From assembly GCA_963712275.1 (NCBI GenBank), contig CAVQHD010000001.1:1568001-1632000 (forward strand): 64,000 nucleotides of DNA. The letters are read 5' to 3'. The notes under the pieces were generated by a model. That model was not told where the DNA came from. It saw nothing but the letters and a program-made list of their open reading frames with translations, and searched no databases. The position numbers and the translations under genes are program-made. This DNA comes from an uncultured Rhabdochlamydiaceae bacterium (GTDB lineage Bacteria > Chlamydiota > Chlamydiia > Chlamydiales > Rhabdochlamydiaceae). Below, in pieces: positions 1 to 9,978 of the stretch. Each line of letters begins with the position of its first letter. Positions within the stretch are counted from its first letter, which is position 1.

Positions 1-329
1 ACGGATCGGCGATTCGAGATTACATTCACGTGGTCGATCTTGCAGATGCCCACGTCAAAGCCCTTGAATGGCTTCTCGCCGGAAAAGGCTCTATAACTTT
101 AAACTTAGGAACAGGACAAGGCCACTCCCTCTTGGAAGTGATCTTCGCTGTTGAAAAGATTTGTAAGCGGCCGGTTAAACAGCAGGTGGCTGCCAAGCAC
201 CGGGCAGAGCCCTCCACCCTTGTCGCCGATGCATCTCTTGCTAGGAAGCACCTAGGATGGATCCCTGTCCATAGCGACCTTGAAACAATTGTGTCAACTG
301 CATATGAATGGCATAACATTTATCTATGA
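1..329 (+). CDS. galE: UDP-glucose 4-epimerase, C-terminal part (5' truncated by window edge)
   Basis: Frame open from the window start: GSAIRDYIHVVDLADAH...NLGTGQGHS, the typical GalE C-terminal motifs. Confidence 0.88.
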   Translation, partial: GSAIRDYIHVVDLADAHVKALEWLLAGKGSITLNLGTGQGHSLLEVIFAVEKICKRPVKQQVAAKHRAEPSTLVADASLARKHLGWIPVHSDLETIVSTAYEWHNIYL

Positions 330-856
330 GATCTGTACCTCTTCTTTTCTTTTTTGGGCTTGCCCTCATTCCTGCGCTCTTTGGATCAATTCTCTTTCCT
401 TTTTTTCCCTTGAACGCCTTTGCCCCTTTTCTTGCAGTTGTCTACTACGTTGCCCCTTTTTCAAAAACGCTCTGGATCAGTCTAGGGTGCGGTCTTCTTT
501 TAGATCTATTGTCCTCGGAGTTTCATTTTGGCATTCATGCGCTGACCTTAACGACTGCCTCGGCCTTTCTTTTTTTTCAAAAAAAGCACTTTTTTGAAGA
601 TCAGTCGCTTGCTTTTTCTCTGTTTTCAATCGTGATCTCCTCTGTTTCAACAGGGCTGCAGCTTCTTTTTATCCATCTTTTTGATCGAGGTCTTTCCTTT
701 TCATTTGCCTCCTTTGTAACAGATGTGGCGATCCTTCCCCTCTTAGATGGCCTTTACGGTTTTTTATGGTTTACATGTCCGATGAGGTTGTATATTAGCA
801 TGAAAAAAGTAGGCTGGAAGGGGCTGTTTCGAAAACCACAGGATGAAGCCAAATGA
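326..856 (+). CDS. mreD: Rod shape-determining protein MreD-like membrane protein
   Basis: 176 aa, very hydrophobic; GLLLDLLSSEFHFGIHAL resembles the MreD GLLxDLL...GxHAL motif. Confidence 0.7.
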   Translation: MRSVPLLFFFGLALIPALFGSILFPFFPLNAFAPFLAVVYYVAPFSKTLWISLGCGLLLDLLSSEFHFGIHALTLTTASAFLFFQKKHFFEDQSLAFSLFSIVISSVSTGLQLLFIHLFDRGLSFSFASFVTDVAILPLLDGLYGFLWFTCPMRLYISMKKVGWKGLFRKPQDEAK

Positions 857-1632
857 ATACATCAGAGCTTTTGACAGTTGCCATTCAAGCCGCTTTGCAG
901 GGGGGCGCTCTCTTAAAACAAGGGTTTGGGACCTCATACGAGATTTCCTCCAAGGCAGGACGGCACAATCTTGTCACAACGTATGACCGTTTGGTCGAAT
1001 CGACGATCTTCCACTCGATTACTCACCGATTTCCCCTTCACGGTTTTTTAGGTGAAGAATCGGGCCATCAAAGATCTGGCGACGTGATTTGGATTGTAGA
1101 CCCTCTGGATGGGACTGTCAACTTTGCCCATAATATTCCTGTCTTTTCCGTCAGTATTGCGGTGGCAACTCAAGAAAAGGTGGTGGCAGGAGCGATCTAT
1201 CAACCGATGACAGAAGAGCTCTTCTGGGCTGAAAGAGGCAAAGGAGCCTTTCTAAATGGAAATCAACTTCGAGTCTCTTCCCAATCTCAGCTTGAGCAGG
1301 CTTATCTTGCCACAGGCTTTCCCTATAATGTTCATGAAGACCCGCTCCATTGCGTTGAAACATTTTCTCGCCTCACCCGTCTGGGGATCCCGATTCGGAG
1401 ACTAGGATCGGCAGCTATCGACTTGTCATATGTCGCAGCAGGAAGGTTTGATGGCTACTGGGAAGTCACTTTGCAGCCGTGGGACCTAGCAGCAGGCCTT
1501 TTACTTGTCGAAGAAGCTGGAGGAGTCGTGTCTCAATACGATGGAACTCCTTGCTCTCTTCTCGCAGAAGGGTCTGTTCTTGCTGCAAACCGCCCCCTTT
1601 ATCATGAACTGCAAAAGGTAATAACCAAATGA
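853..1632 (+). CDS. suhB: Inositol monophosphatase family protein
   Basis: GEE, WIVDPLDGTVNF, RRLGSAAIDL and WDLAAG motifs. Confidence 0.93.
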   Translation: MNTSELLTVAIQAALQGGALLKQGFGTSYEISSKAGRHNLVTTYDRLVESTIFHSITHRFPLHGFLGEESGHQRSGDVIWIVDPLDGTVNFAHNIPVFSVSIAVATQEKVVAGAIYQPMTEELFWAERGKGAFLNGNQLRVSSQSQLEQAYLATGFPYNVHEDPLHCVETFSRLTRLGIPIRRLGSAAIDLSYVAAGRFDGYWEVTLQPWDLAAGLLLVEEAGGVVSQYDGTPCSLLAEGSVLAANRPLYHELQKVITK

Positions 1633-2477
1633 AACAACTCGAAGGGCTCTCCATTGCAGGCCATCTGATCAAGCAGATAAAAAAACAGGTCGGCATACTG
1701 CACCGTCCTCCAGGACTTGCCTTTATTCTCATCGGAGACCACCCACCGTCCCACTCTTACGTTCGTATGAAAAAAAAACGGTGCGCTGAAGTCGGGATGA
1801 TCTCTGAAGTGCATGAGCTTACAGTCTCGACATCTGAAAGCCACCTTCTCGAGCTAATCCAAAAACTCAACGCAGCCCCCCACATCGACGGAATTTTAGT
1901 CCAGCAGCCTCTTCCCTCCCACCTATCGACCGCCAAGGTCGTCGAAGCGGTCGACCCCTCTAAAGACGTCGACGGATTCCACCCTCTAAACTTAGGGAAA
2001 CTTCTGGCCGGCGACCCTACAGGCTTTATCCCCTGCACCCCTCTTGGTATCCACCGGCTTCTTCAAGCTTATGAAATTCCAATCTCTGGAAAACACGTCG
2101 TGATCCTAGGAAGAAGCTCCATCGTTGGAAAACCACTGGCAGCTCTTCTTGTTCAGAAATCACCAGAGGCCAACGCCACCGTCACCCTTGCTCATTCAGC
2201 GACCCGCCACCTTGAAGAGATTGCCCGCTCTGCAGATATTTTAGTTGCAGCAATAGGGAAACCCCAGTTCGTCAAAAAAAGAATGATCAAACCCGGCAGC
2301 ACCGTTATCGACGTTGGAATCAATCGCCTAGGACATCAGATTGTCGGCGATGTAGATGCCCAGGATATCGAAGGGATTCCAGCCCATCTCACGCCCGTCC
2401 CCGGAGGCATTGGCCCCATGACAATCGCCATGCTTCTTTCAAATACTCTCTTGTCTGCTCAGAAACACTTAAAATAA
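1629..2477 (+). CDS. folD: Methylenetetrahydrofolate dehydrogenase/cyclohydrolase
   Basis: YVRMK, KDVDGFHP, PCTPLG, GRSSIVGKP and TPVPGGIGPMT motifs. Confidence 0.97.
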   Translation: MKQLEGLSIAGHLIKQIKKQVGILHRPPGLAFILIGDHPPSHSYVRMKKKRCAEVGMISEVHELTVSTSESHLLELIQKLNAAPHIDGILVQQPLPSHLSTAKVVEAVDPSKDVDGFHPLNLGKLLAGDPTGFIPCTPLGIHRLLQAYEIPISGKHVVILGRSSIVGKPLAALLVQKSPEANATVTLAHSATRHLEEIARSADILVAAIGKPQFVKKRMIKPGSTVIDVGINRLGHQIVGDVDAQDIEGIPAHLTPVPGGIGPMTIAMLLSNTLLSAQKHLK

Positions 2478-2533
2478 TAATTCGCATGGTGGATATTTAA
2501 AAGAGTTATCACCTATAATATTTTCGTAAATTT

Positions 2534-4789
2534 ATGAGTTTTTTGTCTCTTTCCCCCGAAAGGGTTTTATGTCAGGCGATTTCTCACTTCCAGACGAGCT
2601 GGGCTGCTTCAGCTTGTACATTGGCAGATGCCGCTTTGATCTACAAACAAACCACATCCCTTCGCTTATCAGAACATCTTCACCCCATTCGATGGTTTTC
2701 GAACATCGTCAGCGGCGGATGGGCTCTATGGGAGGCAAAAGAGCTTGTTGATGCCTTTAAAAAACGGTCTATAACAACAAATCCTCCAATAGAAGTAGCC
2801 TCTTTCCTGGTAATCGGTGCTATTACACTCTTAGGCGCATGGTTTTTTCCACGCACCCGCCCCATCCCCAAAGAATGGAATATAGAGGCGCAAATTTTGG
2901 AAGAAAAAACCGAGAAAAATGGCATTAAGTCCCAGGTGACTTTAAGTCTTCAGCCCCCAAGGTTGCAGGCCATCGGCTATGCGATTTATCTATCGCGGAT
3001 CGTGATGAATCTTGCAATCGCTTACCTCTCCCCTCAGCGCCGCCTCTTGTGCAGTTTAAACACACTCGCGCTCATGGTAAGTCTTTTAAAAACCCACCAG
3101 CTCAAATGGCTCAATTTTTCCCGCAGATTTGACTTTACAGCTCTTTTGGAACCGGATAACGATCCAGCTTGTCTCTCCATAAAACAAAAAATTTTTTCCT
3201 ATGTTTTACCTCTTTTACCTCCTACAGGAGAAGCCGAAAAATGTCCTATATGTCAGGAAGAAACCCCTACGACCTGCTTTACCCCTAAAGAACCTTACCA
3301 CAATTCTTGTTTAATCGATAAAATTTTTGAAAAAAGCGATTATTTTTTAGATAATAATAAGAATATCTTTACCACCACAGCACACTACAAAAGCGGTTTT
3401 CATACACATAATACCTACAGTTACAAAGTCAAAATACCTCAAGAAAACTTGCCAGCCTCTTCAACAAGCCGCATTTACCCCTCCAATCACTTTTTACAAT
3501 TGATAATAGAGGACCCCATCCATGGTAAATTGCCAACGACAATTGAATGGATCACCGACTCCAATGCCCCTCAGACAAGACCTCTGCTATCCCCGACATT
3601 TTGGGCTCGACTAGACTCTATCTACAGCGCATTTCAAACTCTCCTTGCTCAAATGCATCACCGCCATCCCGAGCTTGCTGGGAAAATTCTCTCCGCCAAG
3701 CACATCCTGAGCTTATTTGATGTTGGAATGCTTATTCAAAATTACTACCAGCTTTTTCACGTTCTCTACCAGCGGCATATCCCTTCCAAAATTCATCAAA
3801 ACGCACCAGATGACAAGGTCGAGGAAGCAAGGAGTCAATTAGATGCCGTCAACCTTCAACTATCAACACTAAAAGACTCCGTAGATGCAGCCATAGAAGC
3901 AGGCACTATCACCACAAAAATCAAAGTTTATAATTCTCAAACTCCAGAAACTAAGGTATTATTAACAAGATACAATGCAGTCCTTAAGCAACTTGAACAA
4001 GCTTATAATCGTCATGAAGCAGCCTTAGAAAACCACACTAAGCTAAAAGCCTCCCTTGAGGACAAATACTGTTCTATCCTCCTTCTAGGCCTGGGAGTAG
4101 GCAGCATTGCCTTGGGCGGGATTGCTGCTTTAGCCGTTAGCTTCCTGAATAGGCAGCTGAGGCCCGCTTTCAATTTGACCGAGGCTTTGAAAAAAATTGC
4201 CGCCCCTGCAGATTTTAATAACATGAAAGTGAGCTGGTCAGCGCCCTGGTTACAATACATCTCCCAATGCCTCTTTGTAAGCCGTATCGTCGTGAATCTC
4301 GCCCTAGCTTACTTCTCCTCTGTTAACCGCCGTTCCTACTTTTTAAGCGCTTCCTTTCAAAGCCTCACTTTGTGGAAGTTGGCCCAGCTTCCTTGGATCA
4401 AACTAGAAAGAACCTTTATCCATCCTCTAGGTGCCAATAATGTCAAGAATTTGCATACCTCCTTTGAGTTTCTGCTGCCAACCCTTCCTTCTAAACTCCC
4501 CGGTTGCCCCTCTGCTGCTTCTCACTTTGAATCAAACCTGAAAGCCGCCTATGACTTTACGACTCAATTCTTCAAAGGAAGTCATTGGGAGACCTATGTG
4601 TCAATCACTAAAAGTTATGGCATTGAGGTCAGCCGCAGATTCAGTCACTATGAAGCAACCGTACAGCAACGTCCATTAGCCGCCTGCGGCTGCGCGATTT
4701 CGGGTGTGATCCATAATGTCACAGCATGGACCATCAATGCTGTCTATGGTTCTTTCCCTGTCCACATTAAATACTCTGTTCACTGTTGA
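2534..4789 (+). CDS. Hypothetical membrane protein with an internal duplication and a degenerate RING-like motif (candidate effector)
   Basis: 751-aa ORF; two homologous blocks (LSRIVMNLAIAYLS / VSRIVVNLALAYFS); CPIC..C..HNSC; central coiled-coil-like stretch. Confidence 0.75.
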   Translation: MSFLSLSPERVLCQAISHFQTSWAASACTLADAALIYKQTTSLRLSEHLHPIRWFSNIVSGGWALWEAKELVDAFKKRSITTNPPIEVASFLVIGAITLLGAWFFPRTRPIPKEWNIEAQILEEKTEKNGIKSQVTLSLQPPRLQAIGYAIYLSRIVMNLAIAYLSPQRRLLCSLNTLALMVSLLKTHQLKWLNFSRRFDFTALLEPDNDPACLSIKQKIFSYVLPLLPPTGEAEKCPICQEETPTTCFTPKEPYHNSCLIDKIFEKSDYFLDNNKNIFTTTAHYKSGFHTHNTYSYKVKIPQENLPASSTSRIYPSNHFLQLIIEDPIHGKLPTTIEWITDSNAPQTRPLLSPTFWARLDSIYSAFQTLLAQMHHRHPELAGKILSAKHILSLFDVGMLIQNYYQLFHVLYQRHIPSKIHQNAPDDKVEEARSQLDAVNLQLSTLKDSVDAAIEAGTITTKIKVYNSQTPETKVLLTRYNAVLKQLEQAYNRHEAALENHTKLKASLEDKYCSILLLGLGVGSIALGGIAALAVSFLNRQLRPAFNLTEALKKIAAPADFNNMKVSWSAPWLQYISQCLFVSRIVVNLALAYFSSVNRRSYFLSASFQSLTLWKLAQLPWIKLERTFIHPLGANNVKNLHTSFEFLLPTLPSKLPGCPSAASHFESNLKAAYDFTTQFFKGSHWETYVSITKSYGIEVSRRFSHYEATVQQRPLAACGCAISGVIHNVTAWTINAVYGSFPVHIKYSVHC

Positions 4790-4830
4790 ATTAATTGCGA
4801 CGCTCCTTCTAATGTGGCCATAGGAGGGAT

Positions 4831-6972
4831 ATGTTTCGGTCGAGGCTCGGTTATCAAGCGCTTGCTGCCATCGTTTTAGGAATTTTTGCTGGGCTGTTTT
4901 TCGGCCCTTATTGCGATGTTCTTAAACCGATCGGCGATGTTTTTATTGTCATCCTCCAAATTGTCGTCATCCCCTACATTCCTGCTCTTTTAATGCATGG
5001 TCTCGGCTCCTTGCCTGCGGAGATGGCAAAAAAGCTCTTTCGAAGCGGCTGGCCTATTCTGGTTCTTCTTTGGATTTTAATCCTTGTTGTTTCCTACATT
5101 GTCAGAGCCGTTATCCCGACTACTCTCCCCAATCCAGCGTCTGATTTTTCATTTGATTCCTCCGCGCTTTTCCCTTCCAAAGTAGCTCCAAGTCCTACCT
5201 CTTCGTTCTTTGGCCTTTTTCATAATACGGTTCCCGGGATTGCCCTCTTTGGGCTCTTCTTTGGCCTCGCGATTATGCACCTGAAGGAAAAAGAGCCTCT
5301 GTTAGGGTTTCTTGAAAGGGTCAATAACGCGTTCGACCGGTTGATCCGGTGGATTTCCTTTGTTGCGCCGATCGCCATTTTTTCCCATATTGCTTACGTC
5401 ATGGGAACGATCAATTTCGACGATCTACCCAAGCTCCAGCTTTACATAGGAATGGTGATCGGGACGACTTTATTTTTAAGCTTATGGGTCCTTCCTGCGC
5501 TGGTCTCATGCCTCACGTCGATTCCCATTAAAGAGATCTTCAGGGAATTCCGCATGGTGGCATTTCTTCCATTTGCAACGGGTATTCCTACGCTAGCGCT
5601 CCCCTATATCAATCATATGATGAAAAGGTTGGCTGAGAGGAAAAATTTGTCTATCGCGACATTTCAAAGCACCTCTCAAACAATCATCCCTATCGGGTTT
5701 GGGTTTGCACAAATTGGAAACTTTATCCCTCTGCTCTTTATCTTTTTTCTTTCTTTCTATTACCGTCACCCCTTCACTGGGCTTGAAGCCTTTTCACTCC
5801 CTTTCTTGATCACTCTGTTTTCAGTTGGAACGCCTCAATTTACCTTTGTCGCCCTCCCCTTTTTATTGAGGATTCTGAACCTTCCAGATGAAGGATTCAA
5901 TCTGTACGCTGAGATCTCGTCCATTACGCTCAATTTCCAAGTGCTTCTAAGCACGATCTCTATGCTCGCATTTATGATCCTCGTCGTTTTGAAATATTAC
6001 GGCCTTCTAGAGATTCAGTGGAAAAGGCTCATGCTCCACGCCAGCTGCACGGCTGCGGTTTTGATCACTGTAGCTGTCATCGGGAAAAGCCACATTCACA
6101 CACCAGACAACTATCACAATCTGTATTATAATCTGAACATGGGTAAAGCCATCGTGCACCCTCCGCAAGTGACTGTTTTTACAAAGAGACCGCCTCCCTC
6201 TTCTACTCACATTGAAAACACACTGGCTCGAATTTTAGACCGAGGCATCCTCCGTGTTGGCTACGATACACGCAATATCCCTTTCTGCTACCTGAATCAA
6301 AATAGCGAAGTCGTTGGCTACGATATCGCCTACGCCTATCAACTTGCGAAGGATCTTGACGTGAAGCTAGAACTTGTCCCGATTGAAATTAGCAGCTTAG
6401 CCTCTGATTTAGATTCGGGCTTCTATGATATTGCCATGTCGGCGATTCTAATGGATGAAACGAGAATTCTCCATCTTCAATTTTCGAATGCGTATATTGA
6501 GCAGCCGAATGTCATCGTTGTCCCTCTTGCTGAGGCCGACCTTTTTACGAACCTCAGCCAGATTAACGACAACCCTCAGATCAAAATTGGCGCGGTTGGT
6601 GGCTATAAACAAGTTGTCACCACTCATTTTCCAAAAAAAGAGGTGACACCATGCCACGGTGAAACAGACCTTCTAAGCGGAGCTATCAACGCTTATATGT
6701 GGGCAGAGCTTCCCGCCTACATTTGGTGCTTAGCACACCCTGAATATACCGTTATTTCTTTCCACCATGCCCTTGGAAAACAATATTTTGGATATCCGTG
6801 CAGCGCAAATACAGAGCAATTCATTCATTTTATCAACGATTGGCTGAAACTTAAGCAAGAGCAAGGGTTCCAATTTGAGCAGCGGCAGTATTGGTTTTTA
6901 GGCAAGGCCGAAACAGTCCAAAACGAGCGATGGAGCATCATCCGCAACGTGCTTCATTGGGTCGGTGATTAA
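4831..6972 (+). CDS. Dicarboxylate/amino acid:cation symporter fused to a family-3 solute-binding domain
   Basis: N-terminal DAACS-like membrane region (LKPIGDVF, FVAPIAIF); C-terminal ARILDRGILRVG..PF..VGYDI..A.QLAKDL. Confidence 0.88.
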   Translation: MFRSRLGYQALAAIVLGIFAGLFFGPYCDVLKPIGDVFIVILQIVVIPYIPALLMHGLGSLPAEMAKKLFRSGWPILVLLWILILVVSYIVRAVIPTTLPNPASDFSFDSSALFPSKVAPSPTSSFFGLFHNTVPGIALFGLFFGLAIMHLKEKEPLLGFLERVNNAFDRLIRWISFVAPIAIFSHIAYVMGTINFDDLPKLQLYIGMVIGTTLFLSLWVLPALVSCLTSIPIKEIFREFRMVAFLPFATGIPTLALPYINHMMKRLAERKNLSIATFQSTSQTIIPIGFGFAQIGNFIPLLFIFFLSFYYRHPFTGLEAFSLPFLITLFSVGTPQFTFVALPFLLRILNLPDEGFNLYAEISSITLNFQVLLSTISMLAFMILVVLKYYGLLEIQWKRLMLHASCTAAVLITVAVIGKSHIHTPDNYHNLYYNLNMGKAIVHPPQVTVFTKRPPPSSTHIENTLARILDRGILRVGYDTRNIPFCYLNQNSEVVGYDIAYAYQLAKDLDVKLELVPIEISSLASDLDSGFYDIAMSAILMDETRILHLQFSNAYIEQPNVIVVPLAEADLFTNLSQINDNPQIKIGAVGGYKQVVTTHFPKKEVTPCHGETDLLSGAINAYMWAELPAYIWCLAHPEYTVISFHHALGKQYFGYPCSANTEQFIHFINDWLKLKQEQGFQFEQRQYWFLGKAETVQNERWSIIRNVLHWVGD

Positions 6973-6990
6973 GTAAAGGATGTGAATTTC

Positions 6991-7155
6991 ATTTGAAACT
7001 TTTGTCGACTCAGACTTGTTTCCATTTCTTCACCACCGAGACACAGAGAGGGATGAGATTGCACAGAGAAAAAATTCCTCTGTGCAATCTCATCCCTCTC
7101 TGTGTCTCGGTGGTGAAGAAATGGAAATAAGTCCGAGTGAACAAAAGTTTCAAAT
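6991..7155. repeat. Palindromic element, family A, copy 1
   Basis: Near-perfect ~165-bp inverted repeat (atttgaaacttttg...ttgcacagag / ctctgtgcaa...caaaagtttcaaat); homologous to 23620-23777. Confidence 0.93.
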
Positions 7156-7235
7156 ATCTATTCTAGTTTCCTGTGCCTTAGCCTTGACTGAATGGCTCTA
7201 TCTTTAAAGACCGTGGACTCGTATAATGAGAAATA

Positions 7236-9359
7236 ATGCATCCTCAATACAACTCTTTTAGACAAGTTATCTTAGAATTTCTTCGTGGTAAAAAATATGA
7301 GCCGATGGGAGAAAAGGTCCTTCTTACTCAACTTAAGATCAACTCAAAATTTTATTCCCTCTGCCGTCAAATTTTAAAAGATCTCGTTCAAGAAGGCATT
7401 ATTGTCGTTAAGCGGAAGCAATTTTGCTTAAATAAACCTGCCGCTGAGGTGGTTTCCGGAGTGATTCGGCTTCATCCGAAAGGGTTTGGGTTTGTCCTAC
7501 CCGATGATCTGACTCTTTATGCTCAAGATATTTTTATCCCTAAACATCTGACAGATACAGCAGTTGATGGAGACAAGGTCGAAGTTGAGGTCGCCCCAGA
7601 ATCGAACTGGAGTAAGGGTCCCGAAGGGAAAATTGTCGCTATTTTACACCGAAGCAGAACGCATATCGCCGCCACCTTGCATCACTTTGAAACACCGCGG
7701 CGGGTCTATGCTTACTCCCCTATCCTTGGCAGCTCCAAACTGATCGCTGTCGTCCCTAAGAAAAAAAGTCAAATCGGAGACCGCGTCGTTCTGCAGATGA
7801 TCAGCTGGGGTGAAGACACCATTCCGCCGTCAGGAGAAATTACCCATTTCCTCGGGTCTATCGATGATGCCTCCATTGACGTTAAGTCAGCAATTGAAGA
7901 ATTCGACCTTCACAGCACCTTTTCTCCAAAGGCGATGGAACAGGCGCTCTCCTGGGGAGCCGAAGTGTCAAAGGCCGATCTCAAACAAAGAACAGACTTA
8001 ACTTCCCTGACGACGGTGACAATTGACCCTGAGACTGCAAAAGACTTTGATGACGCCCTTTCCCTGACAAAGGATTCCAAAGGAATTTACCACCTGGGAG
8101 TTCACATTGCCGACGTCGCCCATTATGTCCCTGCCGGAACAGACCTCGATAAGGAAGCAAAAGAGCGAGGTAATTCAACGTATTTTCCTGGACAGTGCCT
8201 TCCCATGCTTCCTCATGAACTCTCCGACCAGCTCTGCAGCCTGAACCCCGATGTGATCCGCCTTACCATCTCCGTTCTCATGGATTTTGACTCCACAGGA
8301 ACGCTTTTAAAAACAGATGTCGTTCGCAGTTATATTAAAAGCGCCAAAAGGTTCACCTATGAAGAAGCCAAGGAAGTGCTTGACGGCGCCAAAAAAAGCC
8401 CACATCAGCAGCTCTTAGCCCTCATGGTCGAGCTTTGCCTTCTTTTGAAAGAGAAAAGGTATGAACGAGGAAGCATCGATTTTTCTCTTCCTGAGCTTCA
8501 AATCATCGTTGATGAAAAGGGACAACCCCACCAAACGAGACGTGTTGAATACGATATCACCCATCAACTCGTCGAAGAATTTATGCTTAAAGCCAATGAA
8601 ATGGTCGCTAGGCACCTCGCAGAAAAAGGGAAGCACGCCGTCTTCCGAATTCACGAAGAGCCCGCCCCTGCCGACCGCACTGAGTTTTATGGAATGGCTC
8701 GCGCCATGGGATTTTCTCTGCCGCAAGAGCCGACTAAGCAAGATCTGCAGCAGCTCTTTGAAAAAGCTCGCAATACCCCTCATGCCCACCAACTGGCCAT
8801 CGGCTTTATTCGGAGCATGAAACTCGCCTATTACTCACCTGAAAACGTAGGTCATTACGGCCTTTCTCTCGACTATTATTGCCATTTTACCAGCCCCATC
8901 AGGCGATATACAGACCTGATCATCCAGCGACTCTTGTTTAACGAAGAAGGGGATGCAATCAACCTCGATGAAATTGCCAAACAGTGCTCCGAACGAGAGA
9001 GGATTTCCTTTCGGGCTGAGTCAACTGTTAAACTCCTCAAAAAATTCCGCCTTCTTTACCGTTGGATGAAAGAAGATCCGAGCGCTGTTTACGATGCTGC
9101 CGTGACCCGCGTTAAACCGTTTGGACTCTCTTTTGATCTATCCCATTTGATGTTGGAAGGGTTCCTTCATATTTCCGAACTTGAAAACGACTACTTTGTC
9201 TTCAATCCCAATCAAGACCTCCTCTTTGGGCGAGCGACCGGAAAAGTCCACAAAGTTGGCGAATCGATCAAAGTCAGGCCTATCTCGCTTGACCTTGTCC
9301 TCCTAGAGGCGAAGTGGGAACTCGTTCTTCCCAAAAAACAACGCCGCCGTGAGAAATAA
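7236..9359 (+). CDS. rnr: Ribonuclease R
   Basis: HPKGFGF cold-shock domain, TIDPETAKDFDDA, HFTSPIRRY and a C-terminal S1 domain. Confidence 0.96.
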   Translation: MHPQYNSFRQVILEFLRGKKYEPMGEKVLLTQLKINSKFYSLCRQILKDLVQEGIIVVKRKQFCLNKPAAEVVSGVIRLHPKGFGFVLPDDLTLYAQDIFIPKHLTDTAVDGDKVEVEVAPESNWSKGPEGKIVAILHRSRTHIAATLHHFETPRRVYAYSPILGSSKLIAVVPKKKSQIGDRVVLQMISWGEDTIPPSGEITHFLGSIDDASIDVKSAIEEFDLHSTFSPKAMEQALSWGAEVSKADLKQRTDLTSLTTVTIDPETAKDFDDALSLTKDSKGIYHLGVHIADVAHYVPAGTDLDKEAKERGNSTYFPGQCLPMLPHELSDQLCSLNPDVIRLTISVLMDFDSTGTLLKTDVVRSYIKSAKRFTYEEAKEVLDGAKKSPHQQLLALMVELCLLLKEKRYERGSIDFSLPELQIIVDEKGQPHQTRRVEYDITHQLVEEFMLKANEMVARHLAEKGKHAVFRIHEEPAPADRTEFYGMARAMGFSLPQEPTKQDLQQLFEKARNTPHAHQLAIGFIRSMKLAYYSPENVGHYGLSLDYYCHFTSPIRRYTDLIIQRLLFNEEGDAINLDEIAKQCSERERISFRAESTVKLLKKFRLLYRWMKEDPSAVYDAAVTRVKPFGLSFDLSHLMLEGFLHISELENDYFVFNPNQDLLFGRATGKVHKVGESIKVRPISLDLVLLEAKWELVLPKKQRRREK

Positions 9360-9978
9360 GATCCTTTCTTTGAGCTTTTATCAAAGTAGTGATGTCGTCA
9401 CCCTTGCGCAGGGCTTTCTTGGGAAAGTGCTCGTCTCGTCTATCCAAGGTCAATATGTCAGCGGCATCATCACCGAAACAGAGGCGTATGAAGGCATCAC
9501 AGATCGAGCCTGCCATGCTTATGGCGATAGGCGAACCCCTCGAACAGAGGTGATGTATCAGAGCGGCGGCGTTGCCTACGTCTACCTCTGCTACGGCATT
9601 CACCACCTCTTGAATGTCATCACAGGACCCGAGGAGACCCCTCATGCCGTCCTTATCCGCAGAGTCCACCCTTTAGAGGGAATCCCGATCATGCAAGAAA
9701 GACGAGGCCGAAAAGACCCCCTTTGCACAGGACCTGGAACCGTGGCCCAGGCTTTTGGAATTGATCTCCGCTTCAATGGAGCCTCTTTAGTGGGACCCTT
9801 CCTTTGGATCGAAGATCGAGCCGTTCAAGTTGGCCGCATCGAAGCCTCTCCTCGAATCGGCGTGGATTACGCAGGACCCGATGCGCTTCTCCCCTATCGG
9901 TTTTCTGTAAAAATAACCGCAAAAGGAAGATCGGGCAAGGGAACGGGCACGGCAACGTTCACGAAAGAAGTCCTCTGA
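9349..9978 (+). CDS. mpg: 3-methyladenine DNA glycosylase (MPG/AAG family)
   Basis: ITETEAYEG, YVYLCYGIH, GPG and SPRIGV motifs; the C-terminal tail is encoded by a repeat arm. Confidence 0.93.
   Translation: MRNKILSLSFYQSSDVVTLAQGFLGKVLVSSIQGQYVSGIITETEAYEGITDRACHAYGDRRTPRTEVMYQSGGVAYVYLCYGIHHLLNVITGPEETPHAVLIRRVHPLEGIPIMQERRGRKDPLCTGPGTVAQAFGIDLRFNGASLVGPFLWIEDRAVQVGRIEASPRIGVDYAGPDALLPYRFSVKITAKGRSGKGTGTATFTKEVL

Noticed and set aside
7016..7207. Short ORF family sharing SVQSHPS..GGE.MEISPSEQK (also 23537-23830 and 23627-23812)
   Set aside because: The similarity comes from the family A DNA palindrome; TTG or no clear start and no RBS
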